Shown: in pieces, positions 9,528 to 19,408 of the stretch
Layout of the letters: each line of letters begins with the position of its first letter
How positions within the stretch are numbered: the first letter of the stretch is position 1
Source: Verrucomicrobiia bacterium
Lineage (GTDB): Bacteria > Verrucomicrobiota > Verrucomicrobiia > Palsa-1439
Reading direction: 5' to 3'
Assembly: GCA_050015495.1 (NCBI GenBank)
Contig: JBEKBH010000015.1
Coordinates: 16,942 to 80,941 of the forward strand
Length of the DNA stretch: 64,000 nt
Notes under the pieces: model-generated
Told to the model about the DNA's origin: nothing
Databases searched by the model: none
The model's input: the letters and a program-made list of their open reading frames with translations, nothing else
Translations under genes and position numbers: made by a program

Positions 9528-10991
9528 GTGAAACCGCGACTTGCGCTGTTGCTGGTTGGTCTACCACTGGGCTTGGCCGTTCTCAGCCTCACAATTCCCA
9601 ATGCCGCTTCACAAACCGTGACGGTTCTTTACGCCTTCGGCAGTTCCCCCAACAATGGATACGGTCCGTCCGCCGGGCTGGTGCAGGGCAGCGACGGTAA
9701 TTTCTACGGAACGACCTCCTCGGGCGGGGGGTACAACTACGGCACCGTATTTCGGATCACTCCCAGCGGCACTTACACGAACCTGTACTCCTTCGCCGCC
9801 TTCCCCGGCGATGGAAACTCTCCGGGAGCCGCGCTCGTGCAGGGCAGCGACGGAAACTTTTACGGGACGACGGTTTTCGGCGGGACGACCAATTACAATC
9901 CTTGGTGTGACTGCCACGGCTACGGCACAATATTTCGGATCAGCCCCAGTGGCACCTACACGAGTGTTTACTCCTTTGGCGGCTCCCCCAACGATGGGGA
10001 AAATCCGTATGCCGGGCTGGTGCAGGGCAGCGACAGCAATTTCTACGGGACAACCAAGTACGGCGGGACGAGCACCAATTGCCGCTCCTACGGATGCGGC
10101 ACCGTGTTTCGGATTAGTCCCAGCGGCAGCTACACGAATCTATACTCCTTTGCGAGCAAACCCACCGATGGGGCAGAGCCAATGGCCGGGCTGGTTCAGG
10201 GCGGTGACGGAAATTTCTATGGGACGACTTCTGCAGGCGGGGCGTACGGCAACGGCACCGTGTTTCGGATTAGCCCCAGCGGCAACGAAACGATTCTTTA
10301 CTCCTTTCGCGGTCCCCCCGCCGATGGGTCTTCTCCATGTGCCGGATTGGCGCAGGGCACCGACGGCAATTTCTACGGGACAACCTTCGGAGGCGGGACG
10401 ACCGACAATTGCGGCGACGAAGGATGCGGCATTGTGTTTCGGATCAGCCCTACCGGCAGCTACACGAGCCTGTACTCCTTCACCAGCCAACCCAACGATG
10501 AGTACCAAACAACAGCCGGTCTGGTTCAGGGCAGCGATGGCAGTTTCTATGGGACGAGCCAGTCCGGCGTATTTCGAATCAGCCCCAGCGGCAACGAAAC
10601 GAATCTTTGCCCCTTCAACTCGCATGTACAGGAATGCGTTGCCGGGCTGGTGCAAGGCAGCGACGGCAATTTCTACGGGACGTCCTTAATGGGCGGGATG
10701 GGCGACTTGGGCACCGTCTTCAAACTGACGGTTCCCCTCAGCCCACCGGCCAATCAGATCTCTGGAATCCAGTTCTTCAATGTTTCCGGGACCACAATCA
10801 CCATCGTTGCCCTCCCGATCCCATCCGTGGCCGGTGAGACGTATCAGTTGCAGTACAGTGACTCGATGTCCCCCGCCAACTGGATCAATACAGGCGATCC
10901 GTCCCTCAGCATCGGCGGCCAGTTGGTTTTGGTCGACATCGCGGAACCATTGCCACCGCAACGGTTCTACCGGGCCGTCATAACGCCATAG
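9528..10991 (+). CDS. Secreted GloVer-type tandem-repeat protein (probable 7-bladed beta-propeller) with C-terminal FYR-type tail
   Basis: Seven GLVQGSDGNFYGT-type repeats, signal peptide, ends QRFYRAVITP. GGGAGG RBS before GTG 9528. Confidence 0.9.
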   Translation: MKPRLALLLVGLPLGLAVLSLTIPNAASQTVTVLYAFGSSPNNGYGPSAGLVQGSDGNFYGTTSSGGGYNYGTVFRITPSGTYTNLYSFAAFPGDGNSPGAALVQGSDGNFYGTTVFGGTTNYNPWCDCHGYGTIFRISPSGTYTSVYSFGGSPNDGENPYAGLVQGSDSNFYGTTKYGGTSTNCRSYGCGTVFRISPSGSYTNLYSFASKPTDGAEPMAGLVQGGDGNFYGTTSAGGAYGNGTVFRISPSGNETILYSFRGPPADGSSPCAGLAQGTDGNFYGTTFGGGTTDNCGDEGCGIVFRISPTGSYTSLYSFTSQPNDEYQTTAGLVQGSDGSFYGTSQSGVFRISPSGNETNLCPFNSHVQECVAGLVQGSDGNFYGTSLMGGMGDLGTVFKLTVPLSPPANQISGIQFFNVSGTTITIVALPIPSVAGETYQLQYSDSMSPANWINTGDPSLSIGGQLVLVDIAEPLPPQRFYRAVITP

Positions 10992-10992
10992 G

Positions 10993-11066
10993 GGCGGCGC
11001 GCTCTTCACCGTCGTCCTCCCGCGATAGCAGCACGGAGTCTTACAGGCCCTCTACTTCACAGGTCT
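10993..11066 (+). repeat. Direct repeat copy 2
   Basis: Copy of 9402-9475 starting 1 bp after the GloVer stop codon. Confidence 0.85.
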
Positions 11067-11234
11067 TAGAAACCTGATTCGTCTTGACGGGGTCCTGTGT
11101 TTGTTGCAAATCTTGCCCGGGTGCTGACGCCAGGCTCGACTCACGCCGAGGTGAGCCGGGCGGCGACAGCGGTGCTGATCTGCCGTAGGGATCGCGGGTG
11201 ATTTTCGCCTTTCGAGGAAGGGATCAAGACGATT

Positions 11235-11537
11235 GTGAACCGGACCGATGCCGTCATGCTGCTGGTTTTTTTGGTGACCTTCGTCATCGTCCCGTCGGCC
11301 TTTTTTCTCATGGGACGCCGACGGAAACACGCCGACGAGCCGAATCTCCAGGAATGCCCGTCGTGCGGGGCGGAAAATTATCTGACAAAGGAACGCTGTT
11401 TTTGCTGTGGTTATGATTTGGCGGCCGGGCGGTCGGCCGGACCGGGCGAGGCGATACTCCAGCGGGTCAAACAGGCGGACGAGAGCCGAACGAAGTCACG
11501 AGCCGCAACGAAATCCCCGCAGACCGTCGACGAGTAG
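11235..11537 (+). CDS. Small membrane-anchored zinc-ribbon protein
   Basis: N-terminal TM followed by CPSC...CFCC. Confidence 0.75.
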   Translation: MNRTDAVMLLVFLVTFVIVPSAFFLMGRRRKHADEPNLQECPSCGAENYLTKERCFCCGYDLAAGRSAGPGEAILQRVKQADESRTKSRAATKSPQTVDE

Positions 11538-11547
11538 CCGCAATCCG

Positions 11548-12024
11548 CTAGGAAACAACGGAGCGGCCAGTGGGTTTGTTCATTACGTGGCGGATAATCC
11601 GGACGGCTTCCTGGACGCGGAATGGCTTGCGGATATAACCGTCAATCGGGTATTGGGCGAGAATCTGGCGGAGCCGCAGTTCTTCGCCGCCGGACACGAT
11701 GATAACTTTCACGTTCGGGTTGAGCTTCTTCAACCACTCGAACGTCTTGGCGCCGTCAAGCTGGGGCATGTAATAGTCGAGCAACACGAGGTGAAACGTA
11801 TCTTTTTCCTGGGTGAACTTTTCCAGCGCCTTCACGGGATTGGCCAGGGCATGAACGTCGAACCCGAGCGGCTGCAGCAGTTCGGTGATGAGAAAGCGGT
11901 ACTCTTCGTTGTCGTCGATGGCCAACACGCGGATGCGGGAACTGACAGCGGCTGCCTGGACGGCATCCTGGCCAGCCGCCGTGACCGCGTCCGTTTGCCC
12001 GATATTTTCGGCTGTCAGTGGCAT
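11548..12024 (-). CDS. Single-domain response regulator (REC)
   Basis: LAIDD, LLDYYMPQLDG and KPF motifs; GGGAGG RBS. Confidence 0.9.
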   Translation of the reverse strand: MPLTAENIGQTDAVTAAGQDAVQAAAVSSRIRVLAIDDNEEYRFLITELLQPLGFDVHALANPVKALEKFTQEKDTFHLVLLDYYMPQLDGAKTFEWLKKLNPNVKVIIVSGGEELRLRQILAQYPIDGYIRKPFRVQEAVRIIRHVMNKPTGRSVVS

Positions 12025-12088
12025 CTGAAAATCCTCCCAATCTCTTGTTTCCCACCCACTAATGATACGAGTATCGACCTCAAAAACA

Positions 12089-12103
12089 GCAGGCTCGGTG
12101 CCA
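12089..12103 (-). promoter_or_regulatory. Candidate sigma54 promoter of the REC gene
   Basis: TGGCAC-CGAGC-CTGC (GG-N10-GC). Confidence 0.6.
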
Positions 12104-12107
12104 AATC

Positions 12108-12136
12108 TTGACCGTTGCGGAGCGCGGCACTATCAT
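12108..12136 (+). promoter_or_regulatory. Candidate sigma70 promoter of tmk
   Basis: TTGACC-17 bp-TATCAT. Confidence 0.65.
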
Positions 12137-12157
12137 CGGTGAAAATCTCGTTCAAAA

Positions 12158-12784
12158 ATGGCTAAAACAGGCAAATTCATCACTTTTGAGGGCGGCGAAG
12201 GCTGCGGAAAGTCCACGCACATCGAGCGTTTGGTAACCCGCTTGCGGCAAGAGGGTTATCACGTGTTGATCGCCCGTGAACCGGGTGGCACAGAAGTGGG
12301 CGAACAAATCCGTCACATTCTCCAATACAGCAAACAGTCCGCGGCCATGGTTCCCGAGACCGAGTTGTTGCTGTTTTGCGCCAGCCGGGCCCAGCTGGTT
12401 CGGGAGGTGATCGCGCCGGCGTTGAACGACGGGATCATCGTTATCTGTGACCGGTTTCTCGATTCGACCACCGTGTACCAGGGCGTCGGGCGAAAGATCG
12501 ATCCCCAAGCCGTGGCCGCCATCAACCACTTTGCCGTGGGCGCTCATCTGCCCGACCTGACGCTGGTGATCGATCTCGACCCGCGCATCGGCTTGGACCG
12601 GGTCCGGGGCCGCGAGTTGTTCGACCGGATGGAAAGCCAGGCGCTGGAGTTTTACGAGCGTGTGCGGGAGGGATATCTGGACCTGGCCAAGCGTGAAAAT
12701 CGTCGCGTGAAAGTGGTCGATGGCAGCCAGGCCATTGACGTGATCGCGAAGCAAATTTGGAGTTTGGTGAACGATGTCCTTTAG
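12158..12784 (+). CDS. tmk: Thymidylate kinase
   Basis: FITFEGGEGCGKST, REPGGT and DRFLDST motifs. Confidence 0.97.
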   Translation: MAKTGKFITFEGGEGCGKSTHIERLVTRLRQEGYHVLIAREPGGTEVGEQIRHILQYSKQSAAMVPETELLLFCASRAQLVREVIAPALNDGIIVICDRFLDSTTVYQGVGRKIDPQAVAAINHFAVGAHLPDLTLVIDLDPRIGLDRVRGRELFDRMESQALEFYERVREGYLDLAKRENRRVKVVDGSQAIDVIAKQIWSLVNDVL

Positions 12785-13805
12785 CGACTTCCCGCAACAG
12801 AAGGAGATCGCCGCGCAACTGCGTCGCAGCCTGGAGCGCGGACGGTTGGCGCACGCCTATTTGTTTGCCGGGCCCCGCCGAAGCGGCAAGGAAGCCATGG
12901 CACGGACGCTGGCGAAAGCCCTGAACTGTTCGAAAAAGGATCATGATAGCTGCGACCGATGCGATTCCTGCCGGCGCGTCGACGAAGGAGTGCATCCCGA
13001 CGTCTACTGGGTGCGGCCGGAGTCGAAGAGCCGGCGCATCCAGATCGACCAGATGCGCGAGTTCATGAAGTCGGTCAACCTGCGGTCGTCGATGGGCGGG
13101 GTGAAAGTCGGGATCGTGGTCGACGCCGATTGTATGGGCGAGGAAGCGGCCAACGCGTTTCTCAAGACGCTCGAAGAGCCGCCCGCCCAGACCGTGATCC
13201 TCCTGTTGACCGCCGACCCGCAGCGTCTGCTGCCGACAATTCTGTCGCGGTGCCTGAAAATATCTTTCGGCCCGATCGCGGCGGGCGCCGTGTCTTCCTC
13301 CGTCGCGAAATTATTGCCGCTGCTGGCGGAGTTTTCCGCCACCACCGGGGAGCGAATTTCCCACAGTTACCAGTTGCTGTCGGAATTGACGGCCCTCCTC
13401 CAGGAAATTCGCAACGAGACGCGCGCCCGCGTGGAAGCGGAACTCGATCTCGACCGTTACGAGGAATTGGAGCCCCGGGTGCGGGAGCGCCTCGAAGAAC
13501 AGCGGGACGCGCGGGTCGAGGGGGAATACCGGGCGGCACGCGAGCAGGTGCTCGAAGAAATGTACAGTTGGTTTGGCGACCTGCTGCTGTGCGCCGAGGG
13601 AGCCGACGATCAATTGTTGGCCCATCCCGACCAGGCGACGACCACCCGGCGAATCGCGGACGGATTGACGAGTCCACAGGCCTGCCGTAACCTCGAGGCC
13701 ATCGAGCAAATCCGTGACGCGCTGTCGCGCAACATTTCGGAGACACTGGCGTTCGAGGTGGGACTGCTCAAGCTGACGCCGAGAGCGGCAACGGTGACAC
13801 GGTGA
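12774..13805 (+). CDS. holB: DNA polymerase III subunit delta'
   Basis: HAYLFAG, Zn-binding Cys cluster, HPD, ANAFLKTLEEPP, TILSRC. Follows tmk. Confidence 0.95.
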   Translation: MSFSDFPQQKEIAAQLRRSLERGRLAHAYLFAGPRRSGKEAMARTLAKALNCSKKDHDSCDRCDSCRRVDEGVHPDVYWVRPESKSRRIQIDQMREFMKSVNLRSSMGGVKVGIVVDADCMGEEAANAFLKTLEEPPAQTVILLLTADPQRLLPTILSRCLKISFGPIAAGAVSSSVAKLLPLLAEFSATTGERISHSYQLLSELTALLQEIRNETRARVEAELDLDRYEELEPRVRERLEEQRDARVEGEYRAAREQVLEEMYSWFGDLLLCAEGADDQLLAHPDQATTTRRIADGLTSPQACRNLEAIEQIRDALSRNISETLAFEVGLLKLTPRAATVTR

Positions 13806-13828
13806 TCCGACGGCGGGCGATCGATTGA

Positions 13829-15628
13829 ATGAAGGGGCTTGCGAACCGGTTCGTGTTGGGCCTGGCGGCGGTGGCGTTTCTGGCGCCGCTGAAATTCGGC
13901 GCGCCCACCATGGTGCAGTGGGCCGTCGCGCCGCCGACCAACGCCCTCGAGTGGTTCTATTTCACGTGGCCCAATGAACTCGCGATCATCCTCGTCTTCG
14001 CCGGCTTCGTCTGGCTCGTGCTCGATCGGGATCGGATGCTGGCGCGGGTGGATTGGCTGTTCGTGCTGCCGCTGTTCTTCCTGTTGACCCAGTTACTCGC
14101 TGCGCCTTGGACGATCTGCCCCCAAGTGACGATGGATACGGTCATGCTCTTCGCAGCGGGCGTCTTGCTGTTCTACGTTGGCGCCTGGTATGCGCGGGAT
14201 GGCGCGGCCACGGGGCGGATTTTCGGGGGGCTGGCCTTGGCGACGCTGTTCGCTTGTGTTCTGGCCATGCAACAACATTTCGGCGGCTTGGAAGAAACCC
14301 GCGCGTACGCGTCCACTCACGTGGATGCAGCGACAGCGCCCCGGGACCTCCTGGCGCGGATGACCAGTAACCGCGTGTTTGGCCCGTTCGTTTATCCCAA
14401 CGCGCTGGCGGGGTTTCTGGTCGTGGCCTTCGCCCCGGTGCTGGCGTGGATTTGGGTCCGCGCGCGCGGTTGGGATGTACGGGTGAAATGGGTCGCGTTG
14501 GTGTTTGCCGCGGGCGACATGCTGTTTTGTCTTCTGCTCACGGGTTCTCGGGGCGGGTTCGCGGCCTTCGGACTCATGACGTTGGCGGTTTTGTGGTGTC
14601 TGGTCCCGAAAGGCAGAGGCGGCGCGGCGAAAGCGATGGGTGCGCTGGTCCTGTTGCTGGGCGTGGTGGTGGCGCTCGCCCGGCATGGTGGGTTGCTCCA
14701 TTTTGGGACGGAGAGCCTCGAATCGCGGACGGATTATTGGCGGGGAGCCATCCGCATTATCAGGGATCATCCCTGGATCGGCACGGGGCCGGGCACATTC
14801 GGTTCGATTTATCCCATGTACAAGACGGCGTTGACCGAGGAGGCTGCGGCCGTCCACAACAATTTCCTGCAGATGTGGTCGGATTCGGGCGTCCTGGCGT
14901 TTGTCGCGTTTGCCGCGCTGTGGGTCATGGCGGTGCGAGACTCGATTCGGCTGGCGCGGAAACGGGCGGGTGACGTGGCAGCCGCCGCCATTTGCGGGGC
15001 GTTGGTGGGCTGGACGGTGCACGGACTGGTTGATTTCGACTTGTACGCACCGGGCGTCGCGCTGCCCGTGTTTGTTCTACTTGGCACGTTGCAAGGCTTG
15101 AAGGAATTGCCCAAGACCGACTCCGTGACGCCGCGTCGAGGGGAAAACTGGCTGGTCGCTGGAATGTGTGTGGCGCTGGTGGCCGCCATGCTCTGGATCG
15201 AATGTCGGGCACTGGCGGCGGCGTTCATGGGCGAGGAAGCCCGTCGAATCGAGGCCATCAATCCGGTGGCGGCTCTCGGCGAAAGCCAGCGGGCGGTGGA
15301 TTTGGTGCCCTGGAATTCGCGCCTTCAATCAGGCTTGGGGGATACGGCTCTCCGGGCGGGCAAAATCGAGGAAGCATTCGCCGCATACCGTCGTGCCATC
15401 GAGTGCGACCCGTACCGGGCTTCGGGCTGGTGGCAACTGGCGAGGGCGAAAATGGCCGCGCATGGCGTTGATGCGGAAGCCCTTCAGCTTCTCAGTAAGG
15501 CTGTCGAGTTGAACCCGACAAATCCTCGCTACAGCCAGGCTCTCGCCGCCGCCAAGGAAAGCGTTAGACAATCCACGGGCGCTTTGCTAGAGTCCGACCC
15601 CGCCAAGGAAACGCGATCCTCCAAATGA
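13829..15628 (+). CDS. O-antigen ligase-like (Wzy_C) membrane protein with C-terminal TPRs
   Basis: YPNALAG, TGSRGG, GTGPGTF and HNNFLQ motifs; TPR tail. Confidence 0.88.
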   Translation: MKGLANRFVLGLAAVAFLAPLKFGAPTMVQWAVAPPTNALEWFYFTWPNELAIILVFAGFVWLVLDRDRMLARVDWLFVLPLFFLLTQLLAAPWTICPQVTMDTVMLFAAGVLLFYVGAWYARDGAATGRIFGGLALATLFACVLAMQQHFGGLEETRAYASTHVDAATAPRDLLARMTSNRVFGPFVYPNALAGFLVVAFAPVLAWIWVRARGWDVRVKWVALVFAAGDMLFCLLLTGSRGGFAAFGLMTLAVLWCLVPKGRGGAAKAMGALVLLLGVVVALARHGGLLHFGTESLESRTDYWRGAIRIIRDHPWIGTGPGTFGSIYPMYKTALTEEAAAVHNNFLQMWSDSGVLAFVAFAALWVMAVRDSIRLARKRAGDVAAAAICGALVGWTVHGLVDFDLYAPGVALPVFVLLGTLQGLKELPKTDSVTPRRGENWLVAGMCVALVAAMLWIECRALAAAFMGEEARRIEAINPVAALGESQRAVDLVPWNSRLQSGLGDTALRAGKIEEAFAAYRRAIECDPYRASGWWQLARAKMAAHGVDAEALQLLSKAVELNPTNPRYSQALAAAKESVRQSTGALLESDPAKETRSSK

Positions 15629-15744
15629 TAGATGCACCTTGGCGGCGGCGAAACCTGCGGCGTGCGGAGACGCGGGCTTGGCAAATGGATGGCGAGCGGA
15701 TGGACGGACGCCCTTTTAAACTTCAATAGGACAAGGCCAGAACC

Positions 15745-16218
15745 ATGGAACTGGAGCAAATCAAGGCGATTATTGGGATGATGAAGGACAATGACCTTTC
15801 CGAGTTCTCGATGGAACAGGATGGGTTGAAAATCCGCATCAAGCGCGGCCCCGAAGGATTCCAACAGAGCGTGACACTGCCGCCGGCGGCGCCACCGCCG
15901 CCCGTCGCGGCCCCGGCTCCCGCGCCAGCACCCGCCCCGGCTCCTATGGCGCCCGCAGCCGCGCCGGTCACGGCGGATGCCAAGCACATTGTATCCCCCA
16001 TGGTAGGCACTTTTTACCGGGCCCCGGCACCGGACGCGCCCACGTATGTCGAGGTCGGTCAGGAGGTCGATCCTGAAACGGTCGTCTGTATTATCGAGGC
16101 GATGAAGGTCATGAACGAGATCAAGGCCGAAGTCAAAGGAACCATCACGGAGGTCCTCGCGGAGAACGCCAAGCCCGTGGAATTTGGCCAGAAGCTGTTT
16201 GCGGTGCGCGTTAAATAG
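15745..16218 (+). CDS. accB: Biotin carboxyl carrier protein
   Basis: [16 protein letters not shown] and a Pro/Ala linker. Confidence 0.97.
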   Translation: MELEQIKAIIGMMKDNDLSEFSMEQDGLKIRIKRGPEGFQQSVTLPPAAPPPPVAAPAPAPAPAPAPMAPAAAPVTADAKHIVSPMVGTFYRAPAPDAPTYVEVGQEVDPETVVCIIEAMKVMNEIKAEVKGTITEVLAENAKPVEFGQKLFAVRVK

Positions 16219-16262
16219 GCGGACGCCGCTCTACGGCTACCGCCCCGGAAACACAGATCGCC

Positions 16263-17669
16263 ATGTTCGACAAAATCCTGATAGCCAACCGCGGTGAAAT
16301 CGCCGTGCGCATCATTCGCGCGTGCCGCGAACTGAGTATCCGGACCCTGGCGGTGTATTCCAAGGCGGATGCCGACTCGCTTCACGTTCAGTTGGCGGAC
16401 GAGGCCATCTGCATCGGCGACGCCCCCAGCCAGGAAAGCTACCTCAAGATTGACCGCATTATCAGTGCCGCCGAAGTGGGCGACGTCGAGGCGATCCACC
16501 CCGGCTACGGGTTTCTCTCTGAAAACGCCCATTTCGCCGAGGTTTGCGAGAACTGCAACATCAAATTCATCGGCCCGCCCAGTTCGGCCATCCGCGCGAT
16601 GGGCGACAAGGTCGCGGCCCGCGAGACCATGCGCAAAGCGGGCGTGCCCGTGGTGCCCGGCAGCGACGGTCCGGTCGAGAACGAGCAGGACGCTCTCAAG
16701 ATCGCCCGAAAAATCGGTTACCCCGTGATCGTCAAGGCCGCCGGCGGCGGCGGCGGACGCGGGATGCGAGTGGCACACAACGATCCCAGCCTCGTCAAGG
16801 GCTACCACACGGCCCGGTCGGAAGCGGAACGCGCGTTTTCCAATTCCGTCGTCTATCTCGAACGATACATCGATAGCCCCCGCCACATCGAATTCCAGAT
16901 TATGGCCGACCGCAAAGGCAAGACGCTACATCTCGGCGAACGCGACTGCAGTTTGCAGCGTCGCCATCAGAAACTTCTCGAAGAATCGCCTTCGCCGGCC
17001 TTCACCAACGACATCCGCAAGAAAATGGGCAAAGCGGCGATCAAGGCGGCGGAAGCGGTCCGGTATGTCAACGCCGGGACTGTCGAATTCCTGCTCGATG
17101 CCACCGGCCAGTTCTTCTTCATTGAGATGAATACCCGAATCCAGGTCGAACATCCCGTCACCGAGGAGGTCACGGGGATTGACATCGTGAAGGAGCAGAT
17201 CCGCATCGCCGCCGGTGAAGATCTCGGGTACGACCAAAAGGACATTCAATTTCAAAAGCACGCCATCGAATGTCGGATCAACGCCGAGGACCCGTTCAAC
17301 AACTTCCAGCCCTGCCCCGGCCGCATTGAGTTCCTGCATCTTCCCGGCGGGCACGGCGTCCGCGTGGACACCCACGTCTATGGCGGCTATGTTATCCCGC
17401 CGCATTACGACTCGATGATTGCCAAACTGATATGCTATGGTACGGATCGTCGCGTGGCGCTGGATCGCATGGCCCGCGCGTTGGATGAGCTGATCATCCG
17501 GGGGATCAAAACGACGATCCCCTTGCACAAACTGACATTGAAAGATCCGAATTTCCGTCGAGGCAGGTATTCGACGAATTTCGTGGACCGGCTTTTGGCG
17601 GCCAGCCAGCCGTTGGTGCCGCTTAAGCCGCAGGAATTGACCCCCGCACCCGCGGGCACCCCGGAATAA
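16263..17669 (+). CDS. accC: Biotin carboxylase
   Basis: [25 protein letters not shown] and [14 protein letters not shown] motifs. Confidence 0.97.
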   Translation: MFDKILIANRGEIAVRIIRACRELSIRTLAVYSKADADSLHVQLADEAICIGDAPSQESYLKIDRIISAAEVGDVEAIHPGYGFLSENAHFAEVCENCNIKFIGPPSSAIRAMGDKVAARETMRKAGVPVVPGSDGPVENEQDALKIARKIGYPVIVKAAGGGGGRGMRVAHNDPSLVKGYHTARSEAERAFSNSVVYLERYIDSPRHIEFQIMADRKGKTLHLGERDCSLQRRHQKLLEESPSPAFTNDIRKKMGKAAIKAAEAVRYVNAGTVEFLLDATGQFFFIEMNTRIQVEHPVTEEVTGIDIVKEQIRIAAGEDLGYDQKDIQFQKHAIECRINAEDPFNNFQPCPGRIEFLHLPGGHGVRVDTHVYGGYVIPPHYDSMIAKLICYGTDRRVALDRMARALDELIIRGIKTTIPLHKLTLKDPNFRRGRYSTNFVDRLLAASQPLVPLKPQELTPAPAGTPE

Positions 17670-17699
17670 ACATAATCGAGGGAGTTTAACGGTAACGAG

Positions 17700-18761
17700 A
17701 TGAAGAAGATTGCGACACTGACCGGCGGCGGCGACTGCCCCGGGTTGAACGCGGTAATTCGGGCGGTAACACGCAAAGCGTTGCTCGAAGGCTACGAGGT
17801 GTTCGGTTTCCGAAATGGCTGGGCCGGCGTCCTCAAAGGCGATTATTTCCCGCTCACGCGCGAGCGCGTCTCGGGCATCCTCCATCTGGGCGGCACGATC
17901 CTCGGCACGTCGCGCACCAATCCGACCGACGAGCAGTTGGATACGCTCGTCAAGCACATCAAGAGCATGGAACTGACGGCCCTTATCGCGATCGGCGGCG
18001 ATGATACGCTGAGCGTCGCGTCCCGCCTTCACAAACGCGGCATACCGGTGATCGGCGTCCCGAAGACCATCGACAACGACATCGATGGCACCGACCAGAC
18101 GTTCGGTTTCGACACGGCGATCAACATCGCCACGGAGGCCATCGACCGCCTGCATAGCACGGCGGAATCCCACAGCCGCGTGCTGGTGGTGGAGTTGATG
18201 GGACGCCAGGCGGGCTGGATCGCGCTTGAGGCCGGCATGGCGGGCGGCGCGGATCTGATATTGCTGCCCGAATTCTCGCTGTCGCTGGCTGAAATTTGCG
18301 GGATCATCAAACGCCGCCAGGCGGGTGGGAAGAGTTTTTCCATTGTCGCGGTCGCCGAAGGTTTCAAACTCGAGGGCGCGGAAGTTCTCTCGAGCAAGAC
18401 ACTCGATGCGTTCGGCCACGTGCGTCTCGGCGGCATCGGCGAAACGCTGTGCAAGGAGATTGAGAAAATTACCGGGATCGAGAGCCGCGGGGTGGTGCTG
18501 GGCCATATCCAGCGCGGAGGCACCCCCAGCGCCTACGACCGCGTGCTCGGAACGCGGTACGGCGTGAAGGCCGTCGAACTCGCCATGAACGGCGAATTTG
18601 GGAAAATGGTCGCGTTGCGCGGCCCCGACGTCATCGGCATCACCATTGACTCGGTCATCGTCGAGGTCACCGACAAGAAGACCGGCCAGCCGAAGCTGCG
18701 CGTGCGCAACCGCCGCGTGCCGAAGGAACTCTACGACGTCGCAAAGGTCTTTTTCGGTTGA
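17700..18761 (+). CDS. pfkA: 6-phosphofructokinase, PfkA family; residues suggest PPi dependence
   Basis: GGDCPGLN, GGDDT, PKTIDND and MGR motifs. Confidence 0.93.
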   Translation: MKKIATLTGGGDCPGLNAVIRAVTRKALLEGYEVFGFRNGWAGVLKGDYFPLTRERVSGILHLGGTILGTSRTNPTDEQLDTLVKHIKSMELTALIAIGGDDTLSVASRLHKRGIPVIGVPKTIDNDIDGTDQTFGFDTAINIATEAIDRLHSTAESHSRVLVVELMGRQAGWIALEAGMAGGADLILLPEFSLSLAEICGIIKRRQAGGKSFSIVAVAEGFKLEGAEVLSSKTLDAFGHVRLGGIGETLCKEIEKITGIESRGVVLGHIQRGGTPSAYDRVLGTRYGVKAVELAMNGEFGKMVALRGPDVIGITIDSVIVEVTDKKTGQPKLRVRNRRVPKELYDVAKVFFG

Positions 18762-19408
18762 TGTCCACAGCCCGACTTGCCCGGTGCCGGTTGTATGGGT
18801 TTATCGACACGATGTACATCGGGGGCCGCGACCCCGGCGAGCTCGCGCGCGATTTGGTTGCGGGCGGCGTGGATATTTTGCAGGTGCGCGCGAAGGAACG
18901 CACGCATGCTGAGCGGGTCGAGATCGGACTCCAGGTGGTTTCCGCGACATTCCCCTACCAGGTGCCCGTGATTATCAATGACGATATCGAGGCCGCATTC
19001 GAATCGGGCGCGGACGGCGTGCATCTCGGCCAGGAGGATTGGGCGGCGATCCCGCGCGAACAGCGCGCCAGTCGCCTCGCCAATATGCGCGTGGTCGGCA
19101 TCAGCACCCACTCCATCGAAGAGGCCCTGACGGCGGAACGTGACGGCGCCAGCTATATCGGGGTCGGCCCGGTTTTCCCGACGGCCACCAAACCCGCAGC
19201 CCGATCCGTCGGGACCGACTTGGTGCAGCAGGTGGCGGCCCGGGTCAAGGTCCCGTTCTTTGCCATCGGCGGGATCACGCTGGACAACATTGGCCAGGTT
19301 CTGGAGGCCGGGGCGACGCGCGTGGCGGTTGTTTCGGCGATCCTCAGGGCAGCGGATGTTACGGAAGCGTCCGCGGAATTCAAGAAACGTCTGGAGAGCG
19401 GGAAATGA
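18761..19408 (+). CDS. thiE: Thiamine phosphate synthase
   Basis: QVRAK, IIND, DGVHLGQED, GPVFPTATK and AIGGI motifs. Confidence 0.93.
   Translation: MSTARLARCRLYGFIDTMYIGGRDPGELARDLVAGGVDILQVRAKERTHAERVEIGLQVVSATFPYQVPVIINDDIEAAFESGADGVHLGQEDWAAIPREQRASRLANMRVVGISTHSIEEALTAERDGASYIGVGPVFPTATKPAARSVGTDLVQQVAARVKVPFFAIGGITLDNIGQVLEAGATRVAVVSAILRAADVTEASAEFKKRLESGK

Noticed and set aside
9600-10730. DNA repeats in the GloVer gene as a non-coding array
   Set aside because: They are in-frame protein repeats with synonymous variation.
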